From Clostridia bacterium (lineage in GTDB: Bacteria; Bacillota; Clostridia; Christensenellales; DTU072): a stretch of DNA of 64,000 bases. The notes beneath the pieces are model-generated. The model had not been told where the DNA came from. It did not search any database and saw only the letters and a program-made list of their open reading frames with translations. Positions 19,201 to 26,441 of the stretch are shown here, piece after piece. The stretch's first letter is position 1, and every line of letters starts with the position of its first letter. The stretch is from assembly GCA_045535785.1 (NCBI GenBank), contig JAZSMH010000060.1, positions 66,560-130,559 on the forward strand, given 5' to 3'. The translations under genes and the position numbers were made by a program.

Positions 19201-20890
19201 CGTACTCGACGTCACCGCCCTCGTCTATGGTACAAAAAACACCGATATAAGAGCCGTCGTTGGAGGGAGCGGTAAGAGAATCGGGATCGGTTATTTCGAA
19301 GCCCGTGCTTTTTTTGTCTATGTTAGTAGTAGGTATCTCGTCACCTACGTAGGTGGTCTTGTAGTAAATTACGGTAGGGCTACCGTCTCTAACCTGGAGA
19401 CTATCATTGCTCATATTGGGAATGGTCGCACTAGTTGCTTCGAGCAAATCGTAGAGTAAATTTAGCTTAATGGGCTTGTTGGTGATGGGATCTAGCTCTT
19501 GTCCTTCGGAGTCGGTATAGAACGTATAGTCACCGCTTAAATACTTCTCGTAAAAGCTATTTTTGTCCATTTCGGGACGGTTGGGGAGCTTGTTATCTAC
19601 GAGAACGGTAAAACTCAAAGACGTATTGGTACCGTTGACCGATTTTTTCGTCGTCCCGTCTCTATATTCTAGATGTGCCGTAACAATAAGCTCGGTTGTT
19701 TCGTGATGACCTGCTACTATTTCGAAACTTATTTTTTGTCCCGACTTATCGGTGCTCGTTAATGCTTTTGCACTGCCCTTATCAATCGACCAATTGATTA
19801 TATACTCGTCTTCTTCCGTGGCGTCTTGTAAATTGACGTCGAGGAATAATTCTCTAAACGCCGTGCCGGTGCCGCCGACTTCGCTTTCACCGTAAGCAGC
19901 GGTATCGAGCTTGATGATAGTGTTATCCTTCCTGATGCCTAGGTCGATGGTGAGCGTGTCGCCCTTGGTTGCGAATTGGTTGTCAAGCGCTGGGTGACGA
20001 TTGTCGCCCGTGATGCTAACTTGCGAACCACCAGCGTTAAAGCTTACGTTGGTGCTGGGCGTAACGTCAAATTGTATGCCTACCTCTTTTATTCTTGCAG
20101 AAAGGTAGCTGTTGGGCTCCCAGCCTGCTAGCGTTACTTGAAAGAAAGAATCAGCATCAAAGGTGTTGGTGACGAGCTCGGTGCCGAACTCGGTGAAAAC
20201 CATGCTGTTGTCGGACATAATGAGATTCTTCGGTTCGTTAACGCCGTGGTATACCTTGCTACTGTTGTAATGAGCGAAGGCTATACGGACGCTATCCGAG
20301 CCAGTGGTATCACTGAGGCCTGACGGGCTACCCATACGGACGTAGGGCTTAGCAACGACTTTGACTAAATCGTCCTTCAAGGCGCGTTTCAAATCGTCGG
20401 AAATACCAAAAGTAAAGTATAACGGTGCAAGTCCAGCGGTGTTGGGTGCCATACCTGAGCTTACGTTAATGGTGAGGCAACTGTTCTCAATTTTGAAGTT
20501 AGTTGCGGCTTGGGTGACGCCTGCTTTACCGATGACGGCGGAGCCTATTTTGTTAAAGGTAGAGCTATCGTTATACGTGCCCAAATTCTGGCCGTCGGCG
20601 CCGTACTCTACGTGAGGCATGTTAGAAATAGAGCCGGTAGTCGCGCCTTCGAAGTTAGTTCTTACGTAAAAATATTTGTGAAGAGCCGAAGAAGGTATAT
20701 ATCCCGAGCCTGTGACGACGTTAGAACTGCCTATACCAGCGTTGACACCCGTGCTCGTAGTCACCGCTAGCGCACTCTGGTCGCTAACTCCTATCGACAT
20801 ATACAGCGTGAATAGCGTTATTACAGCTATAACCCCCGCAATAATTAATCTCATAAGCTTGCTCTTATTAAGATTATTGGTATTCTTCAT
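10217..20890 (-). CDS. Giant surface protein (~3,557 aa) with at least ~20 YGX/'MBG'-like repeats, an N-terminal signal peptide and a C-terminal TM anchor
   Basis: Uninterrupted ORF. The preferred start is the ATG at 20890, with GGAGG 6 nt upstream; the track start at 20917 is 9 codons further up. Signal reads MKNTNNLNKSKLMRLIIAGVIAVITLFTLY. The recurring unit is 'AG.Y.V......(D)NY........I.K..L.V', and the last unit carries KVYDGTSTVEISG. C-terminus: YVIILASLAIILIAIVVVLILNPLQHRRK. Confidence 0.9.
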   Translation of the reverse strand: MKNTNNLNKSKLMRLIIAGVIAVITLFTLYMSIGVSDQSALAVTTSTGVNAGIGSSNVVTGSGYIPSSALHKYFYVRTNFEGATTGSISNMPHVEYGADGQNLGTYNDSSTFNKIGSAVIGKAGVTQAATNFKIENSCLTINVSSGMAPNTAGLAPLYFTFGISDDLKRALKDDLVKVVAKPYVRMGSPSGLSDTTGSDSVRIAFAHYNSSKVYHGVNEPKNLIMSDNSMVFTEFGTELVTNTFDADSFFQVTLAGWEPNSYLSARIKEVGIQFDVTPSTNVSFNAGGSQVSITGDNRHPALDNQFATKGDTLTIDLGIRKDNTIIKLDTAAYGESEVGGTGTAFRELFLDVNLQDATEEDEYIINWSIDKGSAKALTSTDKSGQKISFEIVAGHHETTELIVTAHLEYRDGTTKKSVNGTNTSLSFTVLVDNKLPNRPEMDKNSFYEKYLSGDYTFYTDSEGQELDPITNKPIKLNLLYDLLEATSATIPNMSNDSLQVRDGSPTVIYYKTTYVGDEIPTTNIDKKSTGFEITDPDSLTAPSNDGSYIGVFCTIDEGGDVEYGEGFFIELFNSSKVNTVNGVWSIELVSCDYVGNSQYNANKYFIQIDVTDYVFEIKYLIGEGEDETVNENQLEVSYATVNDSGKLSKYQVIEQREIILRRGARISLRLKFRNSTAYKTYILTQFSTTGVSMDCRNCSYSNNTTTLEHLSDPFIINGVTKEVPYTFIVGDSFVEEDSIRVLVFRFKLRVEIKTVTNPQPYDGNSKTVPAQAVVEGVSAGSIRVAVTYYTDAEMTQKVNENNSNYPISAGTYYFYAEIANNSTYYGNTSGKFTILKSTPKINTLMQGADLSITYGESMSSIDMDWSDAGKDGEGKRRVNDRISAYYQSEFVSELSSDGIPGYYELSDGIRASADYARPNAGEYQVDVVFHAVRGTVTTDTMGRASVQFEYDANGEFIPNPNYEPATRTITLYVRHDDSVAFSLENDQGSGKIVNGIVEHTYSGEYKTVNFKVKSTKEGETNLDLTEDCIVTYAEADSIEDDFEDLKYTVNAPNQSGLYVIKVVINESKCNYTGTHYYVMKINKVLLNVKCDKEEFEYQYEATPNPTALKNGVDVTASIKFDYTFYYYVDGKEIVDMMTDSNIVDKKDMRNLVNLPESAGEYVVKIDVNDPNHEGSTYALYTIKRAGSESSHVNVVWPNVYNSALSNEYNISYGQPFKSIRISDTYTVKYAAQVYITPTRKTSSIVNVTGKMMIVYCKYEEWKEEQKANNPDNENLSEDDYIAYMQEYKDAQYKISPYSWYICFVADDRVNYDFIYTPKDIFVGKANLDWTKVTIDNIEYESTVESIDDLTVSKTVGILYSTDNTLPSDDSIEYYKRGNNVYLYVEPSQYEYSLSTNVIVVAGITNVEIHLTHQDENNYKDVYANSCLLTVDKKRLNVFFNSEGTYNEAYKVYQENELYALLSYSGSKYGDGDLSRLRGTFAYKNEKGEDVIFDNLIAGEYTVTYSVADDNYAGTVTFPIIIKKSQLTVTQQPEIANESSVVCYSKPISAVTFYNGTVVAEGGETISGRFVVSERHAGEIFYITHYGTNIFFDFIPNDAHNYERFYGEYSNEGYMNKKVNRLDVSDLMSLSVDGTYEYGDLSYKINKEKEDFYETGVVTYALSLAEAGDLPWALTLSRKDGEIMPEGVLTAGNYIFTATLLEEDDYSEYKGSVSVEFTINKKLAVIKVVSTDSRDQIYTIDGVEGVKKPYAGKSLNVGVKAYAVDDLDTPINESITIDYRVNNSSLGYTPGEIGYYECVMSFTASMNYMLVDNAVDCNPVKDTRGFLMISIDSNDVKFVNLNQTYTVQRIVNVDLGKNIAECTLTYEDSNGVRYDTLPVNAGTYEVYLNFHAEDNNGYYEVIKASTLNPSYVLTINKYQADITVSDSVSVVYTGQDNIPFDAYTSPYGLGLEYAYKLDGQEYTPSTLAGLGALDANVYQVMITVNDNNYKGSEIITLTVQKASVNITVAPQFNNYVYNTTDAPTVKEDGRVYCRYDDKEVEGTFFIELDRINTLNVGSHEVEYRFEPTSSNYLGTSSITNIVIDKRVLEADFLYIYTIDGVNQGSKILESEVFAIEYDNTYHYVEVSYDNSLLYDYAVSNNDFTVSVSYNSSANRPRAKGSYIVSAVVSSKNYICQRTWDYELEVTECTPYIEVLPTTDKVFKIGDEITTADVSGGRAVIKSTGSYIAGTFQVENVTFAKANATKINVTFTPTDTLLYKTVTFTITVNVIGKDSLAINGNVLASGNTASGSDWTDYSAEDATSYAIIPTFSGVSTVDSHDCAVNIVVRPTSGGDSLDYGATLDEFTVSFVPVDASCSTCNDMVKSLNACGTLEFKQGSNYVPCVGEKIEVVYKLISGKVTDFDIYNVMTGFISFDGIVNKVDISNYTAEAIVFEEVPTLASDYIFNIYDKKGNMLVGIINKGGELSLDGSIIYTDDVSTVGIMFMPDNAGNGDIFIVVSTKNYYFENTVKSNRYVSVSESDIIVGKTFKSYDGEAISPENLDITVRNSQLEIADSAFSVKIYDALGNESQGVEIGTYSVVIYLKDEINQYYGVKTIDFTITKRDVSKELSLVKDSDVYDSATVNVVSIKWLDTVLSSYQYSLEFKKASAPDGEYLSNIVFNAGVYHVKVTVDTEYMSGVAVLEYKVSPKSVTLVTGQSSYVYVYGTTISAPEVGFIDSDTKMSIALDYQLYYHSSSVTQSTVLPESAGNYVVTVVLADDNYALTNKEFAFIINPKSVTLINAPSALFTTDETGSYNLKYGQKLGELRFDDSGKVTSSDIDVQGKFQVTEEYADVIPDAGSKKVTLVFIPNNANYSSVNCEITVVVAKATATVTFTTLSAKYNGASKASDISYVVTPANVPLKIEYKGTTGNYVSDPVAAGNYELRVTSIDSNYDVKVSATANGTAPIFVIYKAVPKKVTDPSAVSISVGESLGKSALGGGEVYYEGFNNVVQGTFDFVQSAMVFTESGIKTVQYKFIPTDSVNFATYVGYVDIMINKGIATVLVTSNNVEYGTPADFTQLVFVTAPSHLSNKVVYDTTYEGKKYSNGDIINAGTYYFTCWIEDDNYTSEVYEFSYVVNKKVIDIEFVGADNQEVTTYTTTYGKAVDVKVKMYDANHVGDKRTYLMRDADSMYKTIIYRYTSRTGPHYDSFVAPSDIETYDLTVTLVHDNYVATRTIIYKVTKGTVENIEFHQDTLMGQTYGSVVAPIITTTPAGVSYYIVYQGFNTTMPTDAGTYNITVYIDDENYEADQISAVFMIKPKALTVSDIEVKDKVYDGTSTVEISGRLNGTLYGDEVLLRMEATTFENKTNVGKHYVTITNYVVSGLQATNYAVEEPVCEKQVTIYNNKVQDKQSASYILSTKNGFVSGTTVEFNSVKLESNKTSIWTKMLGVEARAVAYSILVNDNPTINSDQYKICIEIPKKYLDKEFTVEFDGALKGQNISYVREGNYLTFYASSSTGTVVFGLAEFNYTYVIILASLAIILIAIVVVLILNPLQHRRKVTARETERSAIREIKNSK

Positions 20891-20944
20891 CTGGACCTCC
20901 ACCCGTAAAAAGCGCATAATACGCCCTTATTATTGTCTACATAA

Positions 20945-20973
20945 AATATACAATACTTTTTTTCACTTGTCAA
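20945..20973 (-). promoter_or_regulatory. Sigma-70-type promoter for the 3,557-aa gene
   Basis: Minus-sense TTGACA, a 17-nt spacer, then TATATT. Confidence 0.55.
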
Positions 20974-21170
20974 CACGTATGCGCGCTTTTATTAATATAA
21001 TTAATACGTAAAAATCTTGCGTTCGACTTTTGATGGCGAAAAAAATTTGTTATTGTGTCGTAAAGTGCACGATTTTCGTTAGGAAATGGATAAAACACAG
21101 TCGTATTCTCTATCGGCAATCAAGCATTCGACAAAATAAACGTTAATTTTTCAAAACTTGTGCTTTTCAC

Positions 21171-21200
21171 TTGATTATTGGAAAAATATGGTGTTATAAT
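21171..21200 (+). promoter_or_regulatory. groESL promoter with extended -10
   Basis: TTGATT, an 18-nt spacer, then TGtTATAAT. Confidence 0.6.
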
Positions 21201-21207
21201 TAACACG

Positions 21208-21234
21208 TTAGCAGTCGAAACTATAGATTGCTAA
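21208..21234 (+). promoter_or_regulatory. CIRCE operator (HrcA binding site)
   Basis: TTAGCAGTC-N9-GATTGCTAA compared with the consensus TTAGCACTC-N9-GAGTGCTAA. It lies between the promoter and groES. Confidence 0.85.
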
Positions 21235-21272
21235 AAAAGTACAGTCATTTACTTACAAGGAGGTAATAGAGA

Positions 21273-23191
<1,919 letters not shown>

Positions 23192-23209
23192 GATTAAATG
23201 AGAAAATCT

Positions 23210-23243
23210 AAAAGCACGGTACTGAGTGTACCGTGCTTTTATT
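23210..23243. terminator. Bidirectional rho-independent terminator shared by groEL and the convergent WYL gene
   Basis: aaaagcacggtac-tgagt-gtaccgtgctttt, with A/T runs on both sides. Confidence 0.8.
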
Positions 23244-23250
23244 ATCTGCA

Positions 23251-24069
23251 TTAATCGTGACGTTTTGATAAATTTTTTATTTCTATTTCCGACAAATTTA
23301 TCGTAGTTTTTCCTGTGTAATCGTATTCGTAAATCAAGTATTCTAATTTATCAACCGCTTCATCGTTAAATTCAAATTCAAAAAAATCTTTTTTTATTAC
23401 GTTCCTTAACCAACATAGACGAAAAATATGACAAACTTGTGGTTTTTCTTTTTCTAGTGCAAGTAAATATAAAGATCCATCTACATAATTCAAATCTACC
23501 CTGTATGGAATGAGTGAATAATTCTCACCATTAAATGAACAAGTAATTGAACGTTTGTCATCTATCGCATGACATAATACGGAATATTCTTTATTAAAAC
23601 AAATACATTCTCGCTTGTCTTTTCTCATATTTGCATATTCATTGAAAAGGTTGCGCAAATAACTAGTTTTGTTTCTTTGTTGAGATTCTAATTCTTCAAA
23701 AAAACCTTGTAATTTGATTATGTTCGCCTTATTTAATCGAAAATGGAAGGTTTCCCTATGGTAATGCTCGTCGCCATCGTCAAAATAAGAGTAATCAAAC
23801 AAATCATCCATAAAGTCAAGAAGTTTTTCTTGATAGTTTTCTTTTATGCAATGGATAATATTATTCTCCAAATACGCCCTTAAATTCTTCCGCTTATTCA
23901 GTCTATAAAGAATAAGATTGGGAAGTAACTGATTAAAAAAAGAGTTGGGGTTTTCGCTACCGTCAGACTTCTTAAACTCAAAATCGCTAATATCTGCAAG
24001 AAGCTGATAAAAAACACCTTCGCTTACTCTAACACTTAATTTCCCTTGATCTAAATCAAAAGGTGCCAT
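23251..24069 (-). CDS. WYL-domain protein (C-terminal WYL fold; N-terminal ~170 aa unassigned)
   Basis: aa 178-232 read SITCSFNGENYSLIPYRVDLNYVDGSLYLLALEKEKPQVCHIFRLCWLRNV. This fits the WYL pattern (..P..l....g.wYL.a......r.FRl.ri..v). The ATG at 24069 is preceded by GAGGGGAGAG; the track's TTG start is at 24084. The gene is AT-rich. Confidence 0.65.
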   Translation of the reverse strand: MAPFDLDQGKLSVRVSEGVFYQLLADISDFEFKKSDGSENPNSFFNQLLPNLILYRLNKRKNLRAYLENNIIHCIKENYQEKLLDFMDDLFDYSYFDDGDEHYHRETFHFRLNKANIIKLQGFFEELESQQRNKTSYLRNLFNEYANMRKDKRECICFNKEYSVLCHAIDDKRSITCSFNGENYSLIPYRVDLNYVDGSLYLLALEKEKPQVCHIFRLCWLRNVIKKDFFEFEFNDEAVDKLEYLIYEYDYTGKTTINLSEIEIKNLSKRHD

Positions 24070-24143
24070 TTTCTCTCCCCTCAATCATAAATTACTTTTT
24101 TAAACGTTTCTTTGCCGTTTCTATTTTTTTGCACAAATGACGA

Positions 24144-24563
24144 TTATTTATCGTTAATAAACGTATCTATCTCTTCTTGATAAGCATTTTCTGTTAGTTC
24201 ATTCACTATCAAATCACTTACAACGTTAAAATGCAACCAATCTCCAACACCGCCTATCATATAACTTCCGTCTTCTTTTTTATCAATAGATGCTACATGT
24301 ATATAAATATCGTTATCTTCTTCAATTTGTTTTTCAATTACTTCAAATGAACCGATTATTTCTAGATAATGGTTCACCATAAATTGTTTATTTACATTAT
24401 GTTGGTGACAGTAAGCGTAAATCACTGTTTTTTCACCCTGATGTTTAACAAAATCAATATCTAATTCATGTGTGCCATACTTTGCTATAATTTCGTCAAG
24501 TGTCATAATTACTCTCCCTGTATGTGACTTCTTCAACATTCCATCTATGCTTTTGTAATACAA
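24144..24563 (-). CDS. Small acidic hypothetical protein (120-139 aa), immunity-protein-like
   Basis: The ORF begins 3 nt after the stop of the upstream ORF. A better start is probably the ATG at 24506 (MTLDEIIAKYG), which has GGGAGA 7 nt upstream. No motif recognised. Confidence 0.6.
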   Translation of the reverse strand: MYYKSIDGMLKKSHTGRVIMTLDEIIAKYGTHELDIDFVKHQGEKTVIYAYCHQHNVNKQFMVNHYLEIIGSFEVIEKQIEEDNDIYIHVASIDKKEDGSYMIGGVGDWLHFNVVSDLIVNELTENAYQEEIDTFINDK

Positions 24564-24566
24564 ATA

Positions 24567-25064
24567 TTACAATGATATATGCAGCATTCTCTTGATAGCT
24601 TCAATCCTTAATTGTTTTTTTAGACGTTTTCTTGCGGTTTCTATTTTTTTGGTACAAATAGCTCTAACAATTTCTATTTCTGTACAAGAAAAAATTATTA
24701 AATCGTCAAGAAAAACCGTATTATCTTCAAGACATCGAATGGTATTTATGCCTAAACCATTACCACTTAAGAATTCTGCGGTGTCATTATTAAACCACTC
24801 TCTCTTAACTAGCAAATAATCGGTTATGGGTTTGTCTTGTATATATTCCCAACTCTCCCACTCTTCATCAGGGCAAGGATATTTAATAAGCGTAGTGCTT
24901 CTTATCCATTCGACACCATGAAATTTGATCTCAAGATCATTGGGTGTATTGTCGTCTACGTAATATCGAAAAAACGTTATTGTTAGTACGTCGTTTTCCC
25001 ATTTAGCTCTTAAAATTGCACTATCTCCTAATTCATAAGGAAAAATATAATCTTTTTTAATCAT
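24567..25064 (-). CDS. Small acidic hypothetical protein (165 aa), candidate immunity or antitoxin partner
   Basis: The ATG at 25064 (MIKKDYIFPYELGD) has GGAG about 8 nt upstream. It overlaps the stop of the upstream basic protein in ATGATTAA (8-nt overlap). The track start at 25097 is less likely. Confidence 0.65.
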   Translation of the reverse strand: MIKKDYIFPYELGDSAILRAKWENDVLTITFFRYYVDDNTPNDLEIKFHGVEWIRSTTLIKYPCPDEEWESWEYIQDKPITDYLLVKREWFNNDTAEFLSGNGLGINTIRCLEDNTVFLDDLIIFSCTEIEIVRAICTKKIETARKRLKKQLRIEAIKRMLHISL

Positions 25065-25530
25065 TTTCAGCTCCATATAAATGATGATCGGGATCACCCC
25101 TGTGTGTCAGTTCACCATATTTATTATAATAAACATTTTGACCGCTATACTCTTTACTTTTAAATCGTCTATGTTTCGAATTCGTAAAAGGTTTTTCCCA
25201 AAAATCCAACCAATGGTAGTGATGCTTTTTTCCATGCTCTTCACTTCTAATGGTTTGTCCTGTAGACTTTCTTTGAATAACCCTTCCACCATTTTTAAAA
25301 ATTCTTTTTTCTTCCCAACCTTTTTGTATGAGTTTTCTATCGTCTTTCGGCAAATAAGAACCCGAATACACGTGGCGCGCGCGACTCCAACTATTGTATT
25401 GATCCTGTCTAGCATCTTGCGGACGTGATAATTTTTCTATTGCCGTTACCGGTGGATTACGTACTTCTTTGTAATACTCTGGTTTTTGTGATAATTTATA
25501 TACGATTCTATCTATCAAACTTCTTGCCAT
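25057..25530 (-). CDS. Small basic His-rich protein (157 aa), candidate stand-alone toxin or nuclease-like module
   Basis: Strong RBS AGGAGG upstream of the ATG. The sequence is rich in K/R/H and has clusters HGKKHHYHW and DPDHHLY. There is no signal peptide or TM. It is the first gene of a tightly packed cassette. Confidence 0.6.
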   Translation of the reverse strand: MARSLIDRIVYKLSQKPEYYKEVRNPPVTAIEKLSRPQDARQDQYNSWSRARHVYSGSYLPKDDRKLIQKGWEEKRIFKNGGRVIQRKSTGQTIRSEEHGKKHHYHWLDFWEKPFTNSKHRRFKSKEYSGQNVYYNKYGELTHRGDPDHHLYGAEND

Positions 25531-25800
25531 TAATTATAATACCTCCTTTTGTTGAAAGTCAAGTTTATGCTTATATCTATATTCTAGCACGTCAAGATTG
25601 TAAATAATAGCCTACATTTACAAATGTGTTTTGTATGACAAAATTAATACCTATATTGCTATTTTTTTGATAAATATTGTATTGTTTAATATAAATTACG
25701 ATAGTTATGTATGACAATTTTGTCCTACAAAAATCAAATTTAATAAAAAAACAAAATAAATTCAGCGCGTATATCCATACAAAATAATAAAACAAAATAA

Positions 25801-25829
25801 TTGCAATAATGATAAAATAAGTGTATAAT
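25801..25829 (+). promoter_or_regulatory. Promoter of tRNA-Gln
   Basis: TTGCAA, a 17-nt spacer, then TATAAT. It ends 11 nt before the tRNA 5' end. Confidence 0.7.
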
Positions 25830-25840
25830 AGATACGTTGC

Positions 25841-25914
25841 TGGAGTATGGTGTAATGGCAGCACAGAGGCCTCTGACTCCTCTGGCGTAAGTTCGATTCT
25901 TACTACTCCTGCCA
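25841..25914 (+). tRNA. tRNA-Gln (anticodon CTG), CCA encoded
   Basis: Manual cloverleaf: acceptor TGGAGTA/TACTCCT (U1-U72 mismatch). D arm GTGT-AATGGCA-GCAC. Anticodon loop CTCTGAC. T arm GTAAG-TTCGATT-CTTAC. Ends G-CCA. 74 nt. Confidence 0.85.
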
Positions 25915-25947
25915 AAAAAATAACACTCTCGTGAGTGTTATTTTTTT
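25915..25947 (+). terminator. Rho-independent terminator after tRNA-Gln
   Basis: aaaaaaa-taacactc-tcgt-gagtgtta-ttttttt. Confidence 0.85.
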
Positions 25948-26006
25948 ACGTCAAATTCGTAAGAAATTGACTATCATGTCACGAAGTGACTATCATTCGA
26001 GCAAGG
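25942..26006. repeat. Copy 1 of a ~65-bp intergenic direct repeat
   Basis: ttttttacgtcaaattcgtaagaaattgactatcatgtcacgaagtgactatcat, followed by a diverged tail. Contains an internal TGACTATCAT x2. Confidence 0.9.
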
Positions 26007-26136
26007 CGAGTCTAAAAATAACGAATTTGAATGATAGCGTATTGCATACGCATGATAATTCGCTACACTCACATTATGACTCACTGCGTTCGAATTATAT
26101 ATATAGCGGATAATCGTATAGCAAAAATTTGCGTTC

Positions 26137-26201
26137 TTTTTTACGTCAAATTCGTAAGAAATTGACTATCATGTCACGAAGTGACTATCATGCGAGCAAC
26201 G
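26137..26201. repeat. Copy 2 of the ~65-bp intergenic direct repeat (195 bp downstream of copy 1)
   Basis: The 55-nt core is identical to copy 1; the tails differ (tcgagcaaggcgagt versus gcgagcaacggcggt). It is immediately followed by the ggtggcgacc..gcagttg motif also seen in the valS leader. Confidence 0.9.
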
Positions 26202-26344
26202 GCGGTGGCGACCGCAGCGCAGTTGAATAGCAAAGTGTAAAAAAATGAAATATTTTGCTGATTGTTGCGCATATTATCTTTGATACCTTTTCACTATTCA
26301 CTATTACCTATTACTTGCCAAAAATCGACAAGTTTCGAGAGAAG

Positions 26345-26400
26345 AGTGAAAAGTGAAGAGTGAAGAGTGAAGAGTGAAGAGTGAAGAGTGAAGAGTGAAG
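26345..26400. repeat. Heptanucleotide microsatellite (AGTGAAG) x8: 7 perfect units and 1 imperfect
   Basis: Read directly from the sequence: agtgaaa followed by agtgaag x7. Confidence 0.95.
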
Positions 26401-26404
26401 AAGT

Positions 26405-26441
26405 AAAAATCGACAAGCTTCTGTCGAAACTTGTCGATTTT
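26405..26441 (-). terminator. Rho-independent terminator after tRNA-Arg
   Basis: Minus sense: aaaaatcgacaag-N12-cttgtcgattttt, immediately after the CCA. Confidence 0.8.

Noticed and set aside
10488-20770. Many 60-130-aa plus-strand ORFs inside the 3,557-aa gene (for example 17375-17758 and 19070-19459), and similarly inside the 4,800-aa gene (for example 55614-55940)
   Set aside because: They lie entirely antisense to long, well-supported ORFs. They have no RBS and are low in complexity, as expected by chance opposite stop-poor frames.
25592-25915. A 107-aa minus-strand ORF
   Set aside because: It starts antisense within tRNA-Gln and runs through the AT-rich promoter region. There is no RBS and the sequence is low in complexity.
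25931-26113. A 60-aa plus-strand ORF in the inter-tRNA gap
   Set aside because: It begins inside the tRNA-Gln terminator and has no RBS. It is composed of the repeat sequence and is more likely non-coding.
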